Made by a program: the position numbers and the translations under genes. A stretch of DNA of 64,000 nt from Escherichia coli (lineage in GTDB: Bacteria > Pseudomonadota > Gammaproteobacteria > Enterobacterales > Enterobacteriaceae): assembly GCF_003991155.1 (NCBI RefSeq), contig NZ_CP031293.1. One strand, 5' to 3'. Shown here piece by piece: positions 45,484 to 55,099 of this stretch. The notes under the pieces were generated by a model. It ran no database searches. It saw only the letters and a program-made list of their open reading frames with translations, and was not told the origin of the DNA. Numbering within the stretch: the stretch's first letter is position 1; the number at the start of each line of letters is the position of its first letter.

Positions 45484-46698
45484 ATGACAATTGCTGATGA
45501 CTTATCAAGATTAGCGCAGATTATTAACGGAGCCTCAAGCAGAGTTGAGGGCTACTACACTGTCATAAGTCTTGAAGAAAGCATTGTTATTGTAAATAGT
45601 TCTGAAATAATTAGACTGTTACAATCTATAGGTTATAAAAAGGCAACAACCTGCATCGAAAATAATGAAATTTGGCTAGATCGCCAAGCTTCATCTTGGG
45701 ATGATGCTATAATTTATGAGAATGTTGAGTCTTTTTGGTCTAGAGTAAACACCCAAAACGCTCTTCCGAAAAATTATATCATCGGAACGCCGTTAATACT
45801 CCCTACTTCTAAGAATGAAAGCATCGAAAAAATCCATATTTTCTTTATGTGGAAAGATATCCTTTCATTAATTGCTGATCATCATAACAGTGACTGCTCT
45901 GTCTTATTTTTCACCAATGAAGACAAAAGTTATACAGTCGAACTCACGCATTTTTTACAATATAGCGAGATTAATCGCTTATCGAACTCGTCTCTTAAAT
46001 ATGAAATTATAAAGGAGCTTCTCGACACAATAAAAATCAATGATTTACACAAAAGCGAGCGCAAGCTCGTTATACGCTCAGCCATAAACGAAGTATTTAA
46101 AGCAAATGGTACGTTCAATTTCTTTGACTTGCTTAACTCTACTGAACTCGTCAGGAAAAAATATGATGAACTATATGAGATTTACACAAAGAGGTTTTCT
46201 GTAAATAAAATTCTTAACGAACTCGATGAGAAAAATCTTGAGTTCACGAGTAAAATTAACGAATTCATATCATCTAATCAGACAAAAGCATTGACTATTC
46301 CCGGTGCATTAATAGCAGCTGGTGGCTTAGTGAAGGCTAATGAAACAACCGAAGCAATATTGATTATCGCAGGACTTTGGATGATAAAAAAAGTCAATTA
46401 CATTTCTATTGAGATATTCAATGAAACATTCGACAACTTACGTTCTCGAGTGGAGTCCGCTTTCGATAAGTATTTAAAGTTTGAAGAAAATAAAGAAATC
46501 AAAGATAATGCAGATAGTATTAAGAGTAGCATTACAGGTTTGATTGATAAAGCTAAAAAAAGGATGAGAACTGTTAAATATCTCGCATCAGCCATGTTTT
46601 ATGGAGGCCTTATTTACGTTGGATATAAACAGTTCCCAGTCTTTTTTGAAAAATCGGCAGTAAATCTATTTTATTTTTTATGCCATACTATAAGCTAA
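45484..46698 (+). CDS. Hypothetical membrane-anchored protein, two C-terminal TM segments
   Basis: 404-aa AT-rich ORF; hydrophobic LTIPGALIAAGGLV...ILIIAGLWMI and YLASAMFYGGLIYVGY; no Walker or nuclease motifs seen. Confidence 0.7.
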   Translation: MTIADDLSRLAQIINGASSRVEGYYTVISLEESIVIVNSSEIIRLLQSIGYKKATTCIENNEIWLDRQASSWDDAIIYENVESFWSRVNTQNALPKNYIIGTPLILPTSKNESIEKIHIFFMWKDILSLIADHHNSDCSVLFFTNEDKSYTVELTHFLQYSEINRLSNSSLKYEIIKELLDTIKINDLHKSERKLVIRSAINEVFKANGTFNFFDLLNSTELVRKKYDELYEIYTKRFSVNKILNELDEKNLEFTSKINEFISSNQTKALTIPGALIAAGGLVKANETTEAILIIAGLWMIKKVNYISIEIFNETFDNLRSRVESAFDKYLKFEENKEIKDNADSIKSSITGLIDKAKKRMRTVKYLASAMFYGGLIYVGYKQFPVFFEKSAVNLFYFLCHTIS

Positions 46699-47034
46699 CA
46701 TTGCTAAACAGCCGTCAACAAACCCCATTGCAGTTTGCAGTTCCTTCCTAATTGTGCCATCAGAGCATTTTCTCTTCTTCGCAATAGTGCGTAATGAGAT
46801 ACCGATAACAAAGTGGGCGATGATGAGCTCATATTCCTCTGGTTTATACCTTCTCAACCGAGCCACACAACTGTCTATCATGATGCCTTCGTCATCATCA
46901 CACTGAATCCGTGACTTTTTGCCATGAGGTAAAAGTCCCTTGAAACCAGCCGCTATCGGCTGCCAGTCCACTCCGCTATTGTCTGAAGCAGCCCAAGCTC
47001 CCCAACGATCCATTACTTCATACATATCACGCAT
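46678..47034 (-). CDS. quuD: Late-gene antiterminator Q (DLP12 QuuD-like)
   Basis: Start MRDMYEVMDRWGAWAASDNSGVDWQPIAAGFKGLLP...; 3' end overlaps the convergent 45484-46698 gene. Confidence 0.8.
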   Translation of the reverse strand: MRDMYEVMDRWGAWAASDNSGVDWQPIAAGFKGLLPHGKKSRIQCDDDEGIMIDSCVARLRRYKPEEYELIIAHFVIGISLRTIAKKRKCSDGTIRKELQTAMGFVDGCLAMLAYSMA

Positions 47035-47255
47035 CAACTTTCTCCACAAAATCAGGCCAGAACGCCAATTACAAGCAAAAATCAACAAAACAGTATTAGT
47101 TGATTGTTATCTCTGACTTCATACTCCTGCTCCTGTCAGGGTTTTGGCGTAATTCTTCAGTATTCGGTAATCGGTCAAAACAGAACCGGGGAAACGATAT
47201 AAGCGCAGACGCCCCCAGCGGTGGCGAAGAAATTCTGCCATATTAAACTCAAACA

Positions 47256-47618
47256 TCATTCATTCCCCATTTCGGTGATGGTCAGTTCCAGCCTCCCACC
47301 TTTGGTAACAGGCATCTTCACAACGCGGTAATCAACGACCTGAGCATCATCCAGCCAGAAACCTGCTTTAGTGAGTGCGTCAAAAGCGGCTTTTTGCAGA
47401 TTATCCAGGTCACGGCGACGGCGATCCGGCATGTGGCACTCAATGCGGATTTTCACAGGCATAGCTAGGCCGATATCCAGCATTGCGTTTTTAATGATTC
47501 GGGCGACGTTATCGCGGTATGCCTGCCCCTCTGCGCTGACGTGCGTGCGCCCGCGATTATGGCGGTAATAGCGATTATTGCTCGGAGGCCAGGGTAATGT
47601 GATACTGTAGGTATTCAC
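47256..47618 (-). CDS. rusA: RusA Holliday-junction resolvase
   Basis: 120-aa [34 protein letters not shown]... Confidence 0.9.
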   Translation of the reverse strand: MNTYSITLPWPPSNNRYYRHNRGRTHVSAEGQAYRDNVARIIKNAMLDIGLAMPVKIRIECHMPDRRRRDLDNLQKAAFDALTKAGFWLDDAQVVDYRVVKMPVTKGGRLELTITEMGNE

Positions 47619-47905
47619 GCCTTAATAACCCCCTCTTTCAGCCAGATAACCTGTGTTCTCGCCATACCTTCCAGCGCGCATTCTTTTGCATATGCAGCAT
47701 CGACAAAATGTGTGCGGCGGTCGATTTCGTCGTGGCAGGCAGAACATGCAATGGTGGCAATCAGGTCTGGCGGTTTGATACCGGTACCGCACAATCCAGC
47801 CAGCCGGATATGTGCCAGTACAGACGTTTCAGAATTGCCATTACATACGCCAGGGATTCTTACCTGGCATTCCCGACCACGCGCTGCTTTTCTCAAATCA
47901 GCCAT
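47615..47905 (-). CDS. ybcO: YbcO-like protein (DUF1364, putative nuclease)
   Basis: Start [35 protein letters not shown]... Confidence 0.8.
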   Translation of the reverse strand: MADLRKAARGRECQVRIPGVCNGNSETSVLAHIRLAGLCGTGIKPPDLIATIACSACHDEIDRRTHFVDAAYAKECALEGMARTQVIWLKEGVIKA

Positions 47906-48068
47906 GATTCCTCCTTGCTGCCAGTCGCAACCATTTTTTATCAACCAGGCTAGCGGTATATCCGAGCAGTGTTGGTATTTCGGATGGCTTCGGCTCAGGC
48001 TTACGCTTACGACGATTTGATACTCTGTAGATGTGTCCGTTCATGACACGAATAAGCGGTGTAGCCAT
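47898..48068 (-). CDS. ninE: NinE family protein
   Basis: Reverse-strand translation [31 protein letters not shown]... (56 aa); start overlaps ybcN stop. Confidence 0.6.
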   Translation of the reverse strand: MATPLIRVMNGHIYRVSNRRKRKPEPKPSEIPTLLGYTASLVDKKWLRLAARRNHG

Positions 48069-48523
48069 TACGCCTCCTGCTTGTCACGGAGCAGCTGGAA
48101 CTCGCAGCTCTGCGGAATAGTCAGGTGGCAGCCAATATTCACCGCCCAGGCTTCAACCTTACACAGGAAGACATACATCTCTCCGGTATCAAGATCGGAG
48201 GTATGGCGTAACGACTGGATAGTGGTGATATCACCGGTTACGACATCAACCAGGTCTTTGGTTTCATAACCGAGATATGTGTGTTTGAGAGCATCTTTTA
48301 CCCAAGCTGGAGTGGCGAACGTTTTACCCCTGTTGATGAGGTATTCACTGATTTCGCTGTACCACATGTGGCTGAGTGCATTCTGGGAAAGACTGCGTTT
48401 CTCACGCCACGGTTTAAGCACCATGCGAAAGCATTTGCCCTCCTCCAGATAAGGCTGGATCTGCCGACCGATAGCGGTGAAGTTACCGCGATGTAATTTG
48501 ATGCCATCTTGTGGGAGATTCAC
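48068..48523 (-). CDS. ybcN: YbcN-like nin-region protein (DUF1367)
   Basis: 151-aa [37 protein letters not shown]... Confidence 0.8.
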   Translation of the reverse strand: MNLPQDGIKLHRGNFTAIGRQIQPYLEEGKCFRMVLKPWREKRSLSQNALSHMWYSEISEYLINRGKTFATPAWVKDALKHTYLGYETKDLVDVVTGDITTIQSLRHTSDLDTGEMYVFLCKVEAWAVNIGCHLTIPQSCEFQLLRDKQEA

Positions 48524-48719
48524 GCTTCACCTCCGCAGAGGTCAAACGCTGGATGCAAAAAATCGCAGGTGCATCTCTGCATCTGTGAAGGGAGAAGAGA
48601 GTTTGGATTGTATGTGCGCATAAACGTCCCCGTTTAGCGCAGAAGTCACCGGAGTTGTTCAGGCTCCGATGACATGATTATGGCAAAATGATTATGTAAA
48701 ATCAAAAGCCAAAAAACAA

Positions 48720-49664
48720 TTATGGTTTATTTTCTAGCTCTGATTTTTTGAAAGCTTCTATCAGACGATTAGCATCTTCTGTACCACCAGGAAGCACGTT
48801 TGATTTTTTAAGAATATACGGTGGGAACTTTGTGGTTAAATATTCATGCTTAAACCATCTACGAAACTCTGACAATGCAGAATCAGGATAGGCATTAATG
48901 ATCTGAGGATTGGAACTTGCCTGAAGAAAATCTTCAGGGTAATAATGCTCACAGTCTACTCTTTCTCCAAATTCTGTTGCTAACCCCTTTGCTTTCCAGT
49001 GACGCGCCCAGCAAGAACCAACACTGCCATCAGGTACGGTATGCTGATTAATCGCTAATCCAGCATTGATGAGATCTACCATCATACCTGCAATTTCATT
49101 AAATATAATGAAATACCCATCAGGTATGGTTCCCTTATCTTTTAATAAAGATACTCTGTCATGGTAATGCCTCCACGGGTCCTCCGGTTGATATTTTAGC
49201 GCCTCGTATATAAATGTCTTGAGGCCTTTTTTAGCAAGCTCTCTGTAAGATCTAATTGCAGTCTCACTTTCTGCTTGTTTTGCTTCAAAGGCATAGTATT
49301 CAAGTATAGCCATGCATACAACATCTGGATAAGCATGGTACTCAACACCATTTCGAATTATTGGTATATAAAGTTTTTCATCTGTAAAACCTTCATTAAG
49401 AAGATATGTACCAATAAAAGTCATTCTTCCTTTTTTGAAAATACCGTTCTCAACAGATTGAGCCCACTCATCGGTAATTTCCTTGATTCGCAAACGCTGA
49501 ACACCACAAACATTTGCCAACCCATTCTGAGTAAGGTACGGAATTCCGTTATCGAGTACCCCCATTTCTATACCGTTAATGACAGCCTCTTGCTTAACAT
49601 CTAAGTCTAAAGGTATGGATCTGAGGGAGGTAGTTCTCTGTTGTGCCATTTTTGATCCTATCAA
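48720..49664 (-). CDS. Hypothetical protein with possible Bro-N/KilA-N-like N-terminus (nin-region moron)
   Basis: 314-aa AT-rich ORF; N-terminal GVLDNGIPYLTQNGLANVCGV loosely resembles Bro-N; C-terminal region unassigned. Confidence 0.55.
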   Translation of the reverse strand: MIGSKMAQQRTTSLRSIPLDLDVKQEAVINGIEMGVLDNGIPYLTQNGLANVCGVQRLRIKEITDEWAQSVENGIFKKGRMTFIGTYLLNEGFTDEKLYIPIIRNGVEYHAYPDVVCMAILEYYAFEAKQAESETAIRSYRELAKKGLKTFIYEALKYQPEDPWRHYHDRVSLLKDKGTIPDGYFIIFNEIAGMMVDLINAGLAINQHTVPDGSVGSCWARHWKAKGLATEFGERVDCEHYYPEDFLQASSNPQIINAYPDSALSEFRRWFKHEYLTTKFPPYILKKSNVLPGGTEDANRLIEAFKKSELENKP

Positions 49665-49853
49665 TTTGAATTCATTGAAAAAATTAGGTGTTCCCTATGC
49701 ATTAGAACACTCATCATAGTAACCCCACTCGTTTGTGAAAAAAACTAATTTCACAATCAGTTAACTCTCAAAATAACTGATATTCATACTCTCGCTATCC
49801 CATATATAGACATCCTTGTTTTAATACAACACTCATGGCTGGCGGCTATACTC

Positions 49854-50171
49854 CTAACAGATTTGACGCAAATACGGCAATACTCGACTCCACTTATCAT
49901 CCTGCCACGGCTGAAGTTTTACATGTGCCGTTTCTCGGACGAGGATTGCTCGCGCTCTGTTGAGTATCTGGGGATATTCTTGCTCGATGGAAGTGAAGTG
50001 ACCAGCTTCACCATGCTCCGCATCCTGAAGAAGATGAGTAACGTTCTGGTAGGCAATTAACATCACATTCCCTGCTCGCCATAACCAGGCGAGTGTGCAA
50101 AGTTCGTTATCAGTGAATTGTTTTGTGATTGGGGATTGTTGAACTGCTAGAACGAGAACGCCAGCATCCAT
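49854..50171 (-). CDS. Hypothetical phage protein
   Basis: 105-aa ORF (non-ATG start likely); between the 314-aa gene and the recombinase. Confidence 0.35.
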   Translation of the reverse strand: MDAGVLVLAVQQSPITKQFTDNELCTLAWLWRAGNVMLIAYQNVTHLLQDAEHGEAGHFTSIEQEYPQILNRARAILVRETAHVKLQPWQDDKWSRVLPYLRQIC

Positions 50172-50282
50172 TGGCAGTCCCTATAGTAAAACCATAGCTC
50201 AGGACGCTTCGTTCAGGATAGATAATTTTATTGTACTTACCTAACTTTCTTACTATAGCACGGTTGAAAAAGTGATTATTAC

Positions 50283-51809
50283 TCAAAAATAAACCTCACC
50301 ATCAACCATATATTTGAGAGTACTTATCGCCTGCTGGGCGGATATTGTTTTCATTAAAGGATAGTGTTTAAAAACAATGCCATTCATAAAATAGATATCA
50401 CAGGTTTTATTATCTGTATTGATTATGATTTTTTCGAATGTTTTATAGGCAAGTGTACGACATAGCTCTCGCCCATTTTTACTGGTTAAGTCAATAGCAT
50501 GAAAATCACCAAGTGAGCTCACCGCTTTACTCTTCAAAGTTTTTAATGATACAGAAGCCCTTCGTAATTCCTTATCTAATACTCTGATTTTTTCTGCTAT
50601 AGCGGTAACTTCAGGCGCAACAGATAATGCAGCAATTAAATTATTAATTTTCATCTGGAGCTCAATAATTTTCAACTCTAAAGTTTCATTAGCATCTTTC
50701 TTGTTTTCAACTGGTTGGATTTTACTACAATTAAAAAGCAACTCATTAATGATATTATAATCAACCAAATCTCTCTTTATTGATGGCCTGTCACATCGAT
50801 GCAGTCTTCTCATCGGACAAACATAATAGCCATGCAAACTTCCAGATACCGCATGAACAATCATGGTATTACCACAAGCCTCGCACTTCATAACTGTTCG
50901 AAGTAGATTTATCAACATAGGATTTTTGCTACTATTGCTAATACCAAAAGGTGCCAACCGAATTTCCTGCACAGCGTAAAACAAATCATCTGATATGACT
51001 CTGGGATAATAGCCAGCGATTTCACTTATTCCTTTACCTCTTGCACGATATGAAGGTACGCATATACCTATCAGAGCTTTATTCGCTAATAATTTTTCAA
51101 TTACAGAAGGTCCCCATGCACTTTCTTTTCCTGAGAAATTCTTTACAGCATGATCATTTAAATACTTGGCTATTGCATTCAATGAGCGCCTTTCCATCCT
51201 GAGTTTAAAAATTAGCTCAATAGTTTTCACCCTGTCGGGGTCTGGAACAAAAGCCGTTCTTTTGTCATCTAAGGAGAGCCATCTCGGACAAGACGCCGTC
51301 ATAATCGTGCCTGACTCCAGTGCATCCTGCCGTTTTTTCTTCCATGATAATTTAACCCGACTTGACTTTATCTCGCTTTCTTCATTTGCCCTTTGTGCTA
51401 TAAGTATGGCTTTTATTAATGAATATGGATCATTCAAAGAGTCAATATTATAGACTGTATTATCGCAAAGAGTTATAACATCAATACCGTGATTCAAAAT
51501 CAATTTCAGACGCTCAATCGCTTCACCGACTTTTTCTCTTGAAAGTCTGTCCAGACTTTCAACTAACAATGTAGTTCCTGGCAATATATAACCATGCTCT
51601 ATAGCATCTAAAAATTCCGAAAAAGCTCCTGATTGTGCATGCTTTCCTTTGAATGCACTTAATCCTAAATCTTCATATGTTATGGTATCAAGATAATAAT
51701 CACTATTTACCTTTAACCATTCAGCAATAAGTCTTCTCTGTCGGTTTAATGAGTCGCCAGACATCTGACCTGGTGATGAAAATCGCATATATGCTATGGC
51801 TTTTTTCAT
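50283..51809 (-). CDS. ybcK: Large serine recombinase (YbcK-like)
   Basis: 508-aa AT-rich ORF MKKAIAYMRFSSPGQ... with resolvase catalytic domain, recombinase domain and Cys-rich zinc ribbon. Confidence 0.8.
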   Translation of the reverse strand: MKKAIAYMRFSSPGQMSGDSLNRQRRLIAEWLKVNSDYYLDTITYEDLGLSAFKGKHAQSGAFSEFLDAIEHGYILPGTTLLVESLDRLSREKVGEAIERLKLILNHGIDVITLCDNTVYNIDSLNDPYSLIKAILIAQRANEESEIKSSRVKLSWKKKRQDALESGTIMTASCPRWLSLDDKRTAFVPDPDRVKTIELIFKLRMERRSLNAIAKYLNDHAVKNFSGKESAWGPSVIEKLLANKALIGICVPSYRARGKGISEIAGYYPRVISDDLFYAVQEIRLAPFGISNSSKNPMLINLLRTVMKCEACGNTMIVHAVSGSLHGYYVCPMRRLHRCDRPSIKRDLVDYNIINELLFNCSKIQPVENKKDANETLELKIIELQMKINNLIAALSVAPEVTAIAEKIRVLDKELRRASVSLKTLKSKAVSSLGDFHAIDLTSKNGRELCRTLAYKTFEKIIINTDNKTCDIYFMNGIVFKHYPLMKTISAQQAISTLKYMVDGEVYF

Positions 51810-52065
51810 GGTGACACCTGCTAACGTATGCTTTTATAAACCTTAGTGGTGAGATATAATTTTTGTTTAATTTTTATTTAAAAAGACAATTAAGGTCACA
51901 TTATCTTGAATATACAACAATAATCGTATTGCAATTTTCTTACGCCATAATCTTGAAAGCACAAAAGAATACATAAAAAAATAAAGACATTAACAAAAAG
52001 CATAAAACGAGGCTCATATAAATATAAGAGCCTCCATATTTTAGTCGTTTAGAAACAAATTATTT

Positions 52066-52398
52066 TTAATGTGGTGTGCTTCGTGACAATAAATTAATAA
52101 CCAACACACCGGCACAAATCAACATCATGCCTATAATGGCTGGCAGGTCCAGCCGTTGGCCGAAAAATCCCCATGACAGTAAGCTAATCAGGACAATACC
52201 GACTCCTGACCAGATAGCATAAGCAATCCCTGTAGGAATATAAGCCAGCGTCTGAGCTAATAACCAGAATGATGCACAATAACAAATAATTGTACCAACA
52301 GATGGCCATAACCGTGTAAAACCTTCTGAAAACTTCATTAAGGTTGTACCAATGACCTCTGCAAGTATTGCACCACCAAGATAAATATAAGGGTTCAT
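52066..52398 (-). CDS. emrE: EmrE small multidrug resistance transporter
   Basis: Start MNPYIYLGGAILAEVIGTTLMKFSEGF...; four TM helices. Confidence 0.9.
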   Translation of the reverse strand: MNPYIYLGGAILAEVIGTTLMKFSEGFTRLWPSVGTIICYCASFWLLAQTLAYIPTGIAYAIWSGVGIVLISLLSWGFFGQRLDLPAIIGMMLICAGVLVINLLSRSTPH

Positions 52399-52465
52399 AG
52401 CATATTCTTTCCTGTTCAAACTGGAGAGAATTGTACTACAGTTTGAAATCAACTCACCTGTTTCA

Positions 52466-52768
52466 TCATTGTGTACCCATTGATGTTCTTTTATATACCC
52501 TCAATAAGCGTTTCATCGCGGCACTCTGGCGACACTCCTTAAAAATCAGATTCGTGCTCACCTTTCCTTCCCGTTCTTCTCTGGTAGCGAACCGGTAATA
52601 CACCGTTCGCCAGACCTTACCATCAACGACCAGGATTCCTGCCCGCGCCATTTTAGCCGCAGCCTGATTTATGCTGGTTACGGTTGCGCCTGTTACCGCG
52701 GCAACGTCCTGTGCACAGAAGCTCTTATGCGTCCCCAGGTAATGAATAATTGCCTCTTTGCCCGTCAT
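52466..52768 (-). CDS. ren: Ren protein
   Basis: 100-aa ORF MTGKEAIIHYLGTHKSFCAQDVAAVTGATVTSINQAAAKMARAG... Confidence 0.85.
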   Translation of the reverse strand: MTGKEAIIHYLGTHKSFCAQDVAAVTGATVTSINQAAAKMARAGILVVDGKVWRTVYYRFATREEREGKVSTNLIFKECRQSAAMKRLLRVYKRTSMGTQ

Positions 52769-53466
52769 ACACTTGCTCCTTTCAGTCCGAACTTAGCTTT
52801 AATTTCTGCGATCTTCGCCAGAGCCTGTGCACGATTTAGAGGTCTACCGCCCATAACAGGAAGTTGTTTTACTGGTTCAGGGATCGCCTCACCACGGTTA
52901 ATTCGCGCGGTCATACAAGTCAGTTCATCGGCAGCCTTGCGCCGTAATTCCGTATCAGTAAGCGCATTGGCCCGCATATTCTGGTACAGGCTAGTAACCA
53001 GCCAGTAGTGCGCGTTTGATTTCCACGGATAAGACTCTGCATCCGGATACAGGCCACGCTTCCGGCAATACTCGTAAACCATATCAACCAGCTCGCTGGC
53101 GTTTGGCAGTCCGGCAATAACGGATACTTCTTCACGGCACCATGCAACAAACTGCCCGGGTGATGGCAGGAATGGTCGATTCTGCCGACGGGCTACGCGC
53201 ATTCCTGCGTTAACCTGTTCCATTGTGGTGATCCCGTTTTCCCGGAAAGCCAGAACCCACTGGCGGCGGATTTCGTTCAGTTCGTTCTGGTCCCGGTTAG
53301 CCAGGCTCGCCGGGAAAGTTGCCAGTAACTGGCTGAACACACCATTGATGATCTGCGCTACCTGCTGTACCTGAGGCTTTTCGTCGTACTGTTCCGGCAT
53401 GTTGTTGGCGATCCGACGCATCTGCTCACGGTCAAAGTTAATCATCTGTGCGGCGATGTTTTTCAT
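52765..53466 (-). CDS. P: Replication protein P (helicase loader), lambda type
   Basis: 233-aa ORF MKNIAAQMINFDREQMRRIANNMPEQYDEKPQ... Confidence 0.9.
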   Translation of the reverse strand: MKNIAAQMINFDREQMRRIANNMPEQYDEKPQVQQVAQIINGVFSQLLATFPASLANRDQNELNEIRRQWVLAFRENGITTMEQVNAGMRVARRQNRPFLPSPGQFVAWCREEVSVIAGLPNASELVDMVYEYCRKRGLYPDAESYPWKSNAHYWLVTSLYQNMRANALTDTELRRKAADELTCMTARINRGEAIPEPVKQLPVMGGRPLNRAQALAKIAEIKAKFGLKGASV

Positions 53467-54392
53467 AAATCCACCCCGTAAATCCAGTCTGTGTTTGTCA
53501 GGTCGAGTTTTGGTTTGCTAGCTGTCACGCCTGCCTGTTGCTTGTTACGGTTGATTTCGAGTTGGGTCCACTTGTCGCGGAGTTTGGCCGGACTTAGCAC
53601 GTTACCGGACCAGAAGTTGTCCTGGCATGCCCAGCGGAACAGCACGCACATGTCGCGGTGGTTACGTCCGTCACGTTCACGCATCAGGCGGATATCGTTA
53701 GCCCACCCTGCAAAATTCGGTTTTCTGGCTGATGGCGCGATGGTCTTCACCATGTCAAACATCCACTCTGCGGCGGTCAGGTCTTCTGCTGTCCCCCACC
53801 TGCTGCCGCTCTGAATTGCAGCATCTGGTTTCTCCACAGGAAGGTCGTTTTCTGGCTGGTCAGAGGATTCGCCAGAATTCTCGGACGAAAAAGGTTTTAT
53901 ATTGTCTTTTGTTAGTTTGTCTTTTGTGTTTACCTGATTCGGGTAAACGTCTTTACCTGATTTGGGTAAACTTTTTTTACCTGATTCAGGTAAATTTACC
54001 TCTTTCAGGTAAACTTTATTTTTCTTACCTGATTCGGGTAATGTTGACCATTCACTGACCACATTATTAATGCCGATATTCCGCCCGCTCTGAATAAAAA
54101 TCCCACGCTTTACCAGAACACTTTTTGCAGCAGAACACTTGTGCGGCAATATCCCGGTTAACTCGGAAAGTTGCTCGTTGCTCACCCAATCCATTTTTTT
54201 ATTAAAGCCATATGTTTTGCGCATGACAGCCAGGAAGACCAGAAGCTGGTGCTGTGTTAATCCGGCCAGCATCACAGCTTCCAGCAACTCATTTGCAATG
54301 CGCGTATAACCATCATCGAGATCTGCCACGCGCCGCTCCTTTTGTGCCGCATCCGGCACTGGAAAATTGAATATCTCAGCAGTGTTTGCCAT
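53463..54392 (-). CDS. O: Replication initiator O-like, non-lambda specificity
   Basis: Start MANTAEIFNFPVPDAAQKERRVADLDDGY...; iteron array inside gene; C-terminus lambda-O-like. Confidence 0.8.
   Translation of the reverse strand: MANTAEIFNFPVPDAAQKERRVADLDDGYTRIANELLEAVMLAGLTQHQLLVFLAVMRKTYGFNKKMDWVSNEQLSELTGILPHKCSAAKSVLVKRGIFIQSGRNIGINNVVSEWSTLPESGKKNKVYLKEVNLPESGKKSLPKSGKDVYPNQVNTKDKLTKDNIKPFSSENSGESSDQPENDLPVEKPDAAIQSGSRWGTAEDLTAAEWMFDMVKTIAPSARKPNFAGWANDIRLMRERDGRNHRDMCVLFRWACQDNFWSGNVLSPAKLRDKWTQLEINRNKQQAGVTASKPKLDLTNTDWIYGVDL
53929..54044. repeat. Replication origin iterons inside O
   Basis: Four to five ~20-bp repeats TTACCTGATTCGGGTAAAC (variants TTTGGG, TCAGG) at roughly 24-bp spacing. 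Confidence 0.75.
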
Positions 54393-54478
54393 AATTCCTC
54401 CCGCAATGAGTGTGTTACGATTTGCACCTGAAAGTCGGTTCTGTTCCAGCAGACCGGCTTTCGCCATTTCTGAACCTG

Positions 54479-55018
54479 TCATATTGCCCCCAGCATGGTG
54501 GTGACCATCGCCATCAGTGGACCAGCCAGATCTGGGTCCACACGAAACATCGACACAATACCTTCACTAATTTCCTTCAGTTTCTGGTGGCGTGGTGCGT
54601 TGAGAATGACAGCCTGTTTTGCCTCACTGAGTTCCTTTTCCATTTCAGCCAACCTAGCCATAAAGCTATCCTGCTCAACCAGGTAACCGCGATATTCCAG
54701 CGGTAGTACCGCCAGAATTGCCGGGGTCAGTTCACGCACGTTATTTCGGTATTTTTCAGAATCGAATTTGTTATCGAGGAAGCGGAACAGCTTCTGGCGT
54801 GCACGGCTGACATCATCAGGGAAATCGATGGTGCCGCCGCCCAGCTCCCGATACTCATTCACAATGAGTGCGGCAACAACATCCTGATTATCTGCAGCCG
54901 ACCAGGCGCGAACGGCATCACGGATTTTTTCGTGGCCTGGCGCCTGTTTTGTTTGAGAACGATTTATCACCGCAGTCGGGGTAAATCCGCTAGTCTGTTG
55001 GTATGTAATTGGTTGCAT
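54479..55018 (-). CDS. YdaT-like protein in the cII position
   Basis: 179-aa ORF; EYRELGGGTIDFP and LTPAILAVLPLEYRGYL resemble Rac YdaT. Confidence 0.55.
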   Translation of the reverse strand: MQPITYQQTSGFTPTAVINRSQTKQAPGHEKIRDAVRAWSAADNQDVVAALIVNEYRELGGGTIDFPDDVSRARQKLFRFLDNKFDSEKYRNNVRELTPAILAVLPLEYRGYLVEQDSFMARLAEMEKELSEAKQAVILNAPRHQKLKEISEGIVSMFRVDPDLAGPLMAMVTTMLGAI

Positions 55019-55099
55019 AATTGATTCCTTTAGTTTGAATTGACTGTTAATCAGTCTGTTAAGTTGATTGCTTATTGTTAAAGAGCGTGAAATGGAAAT

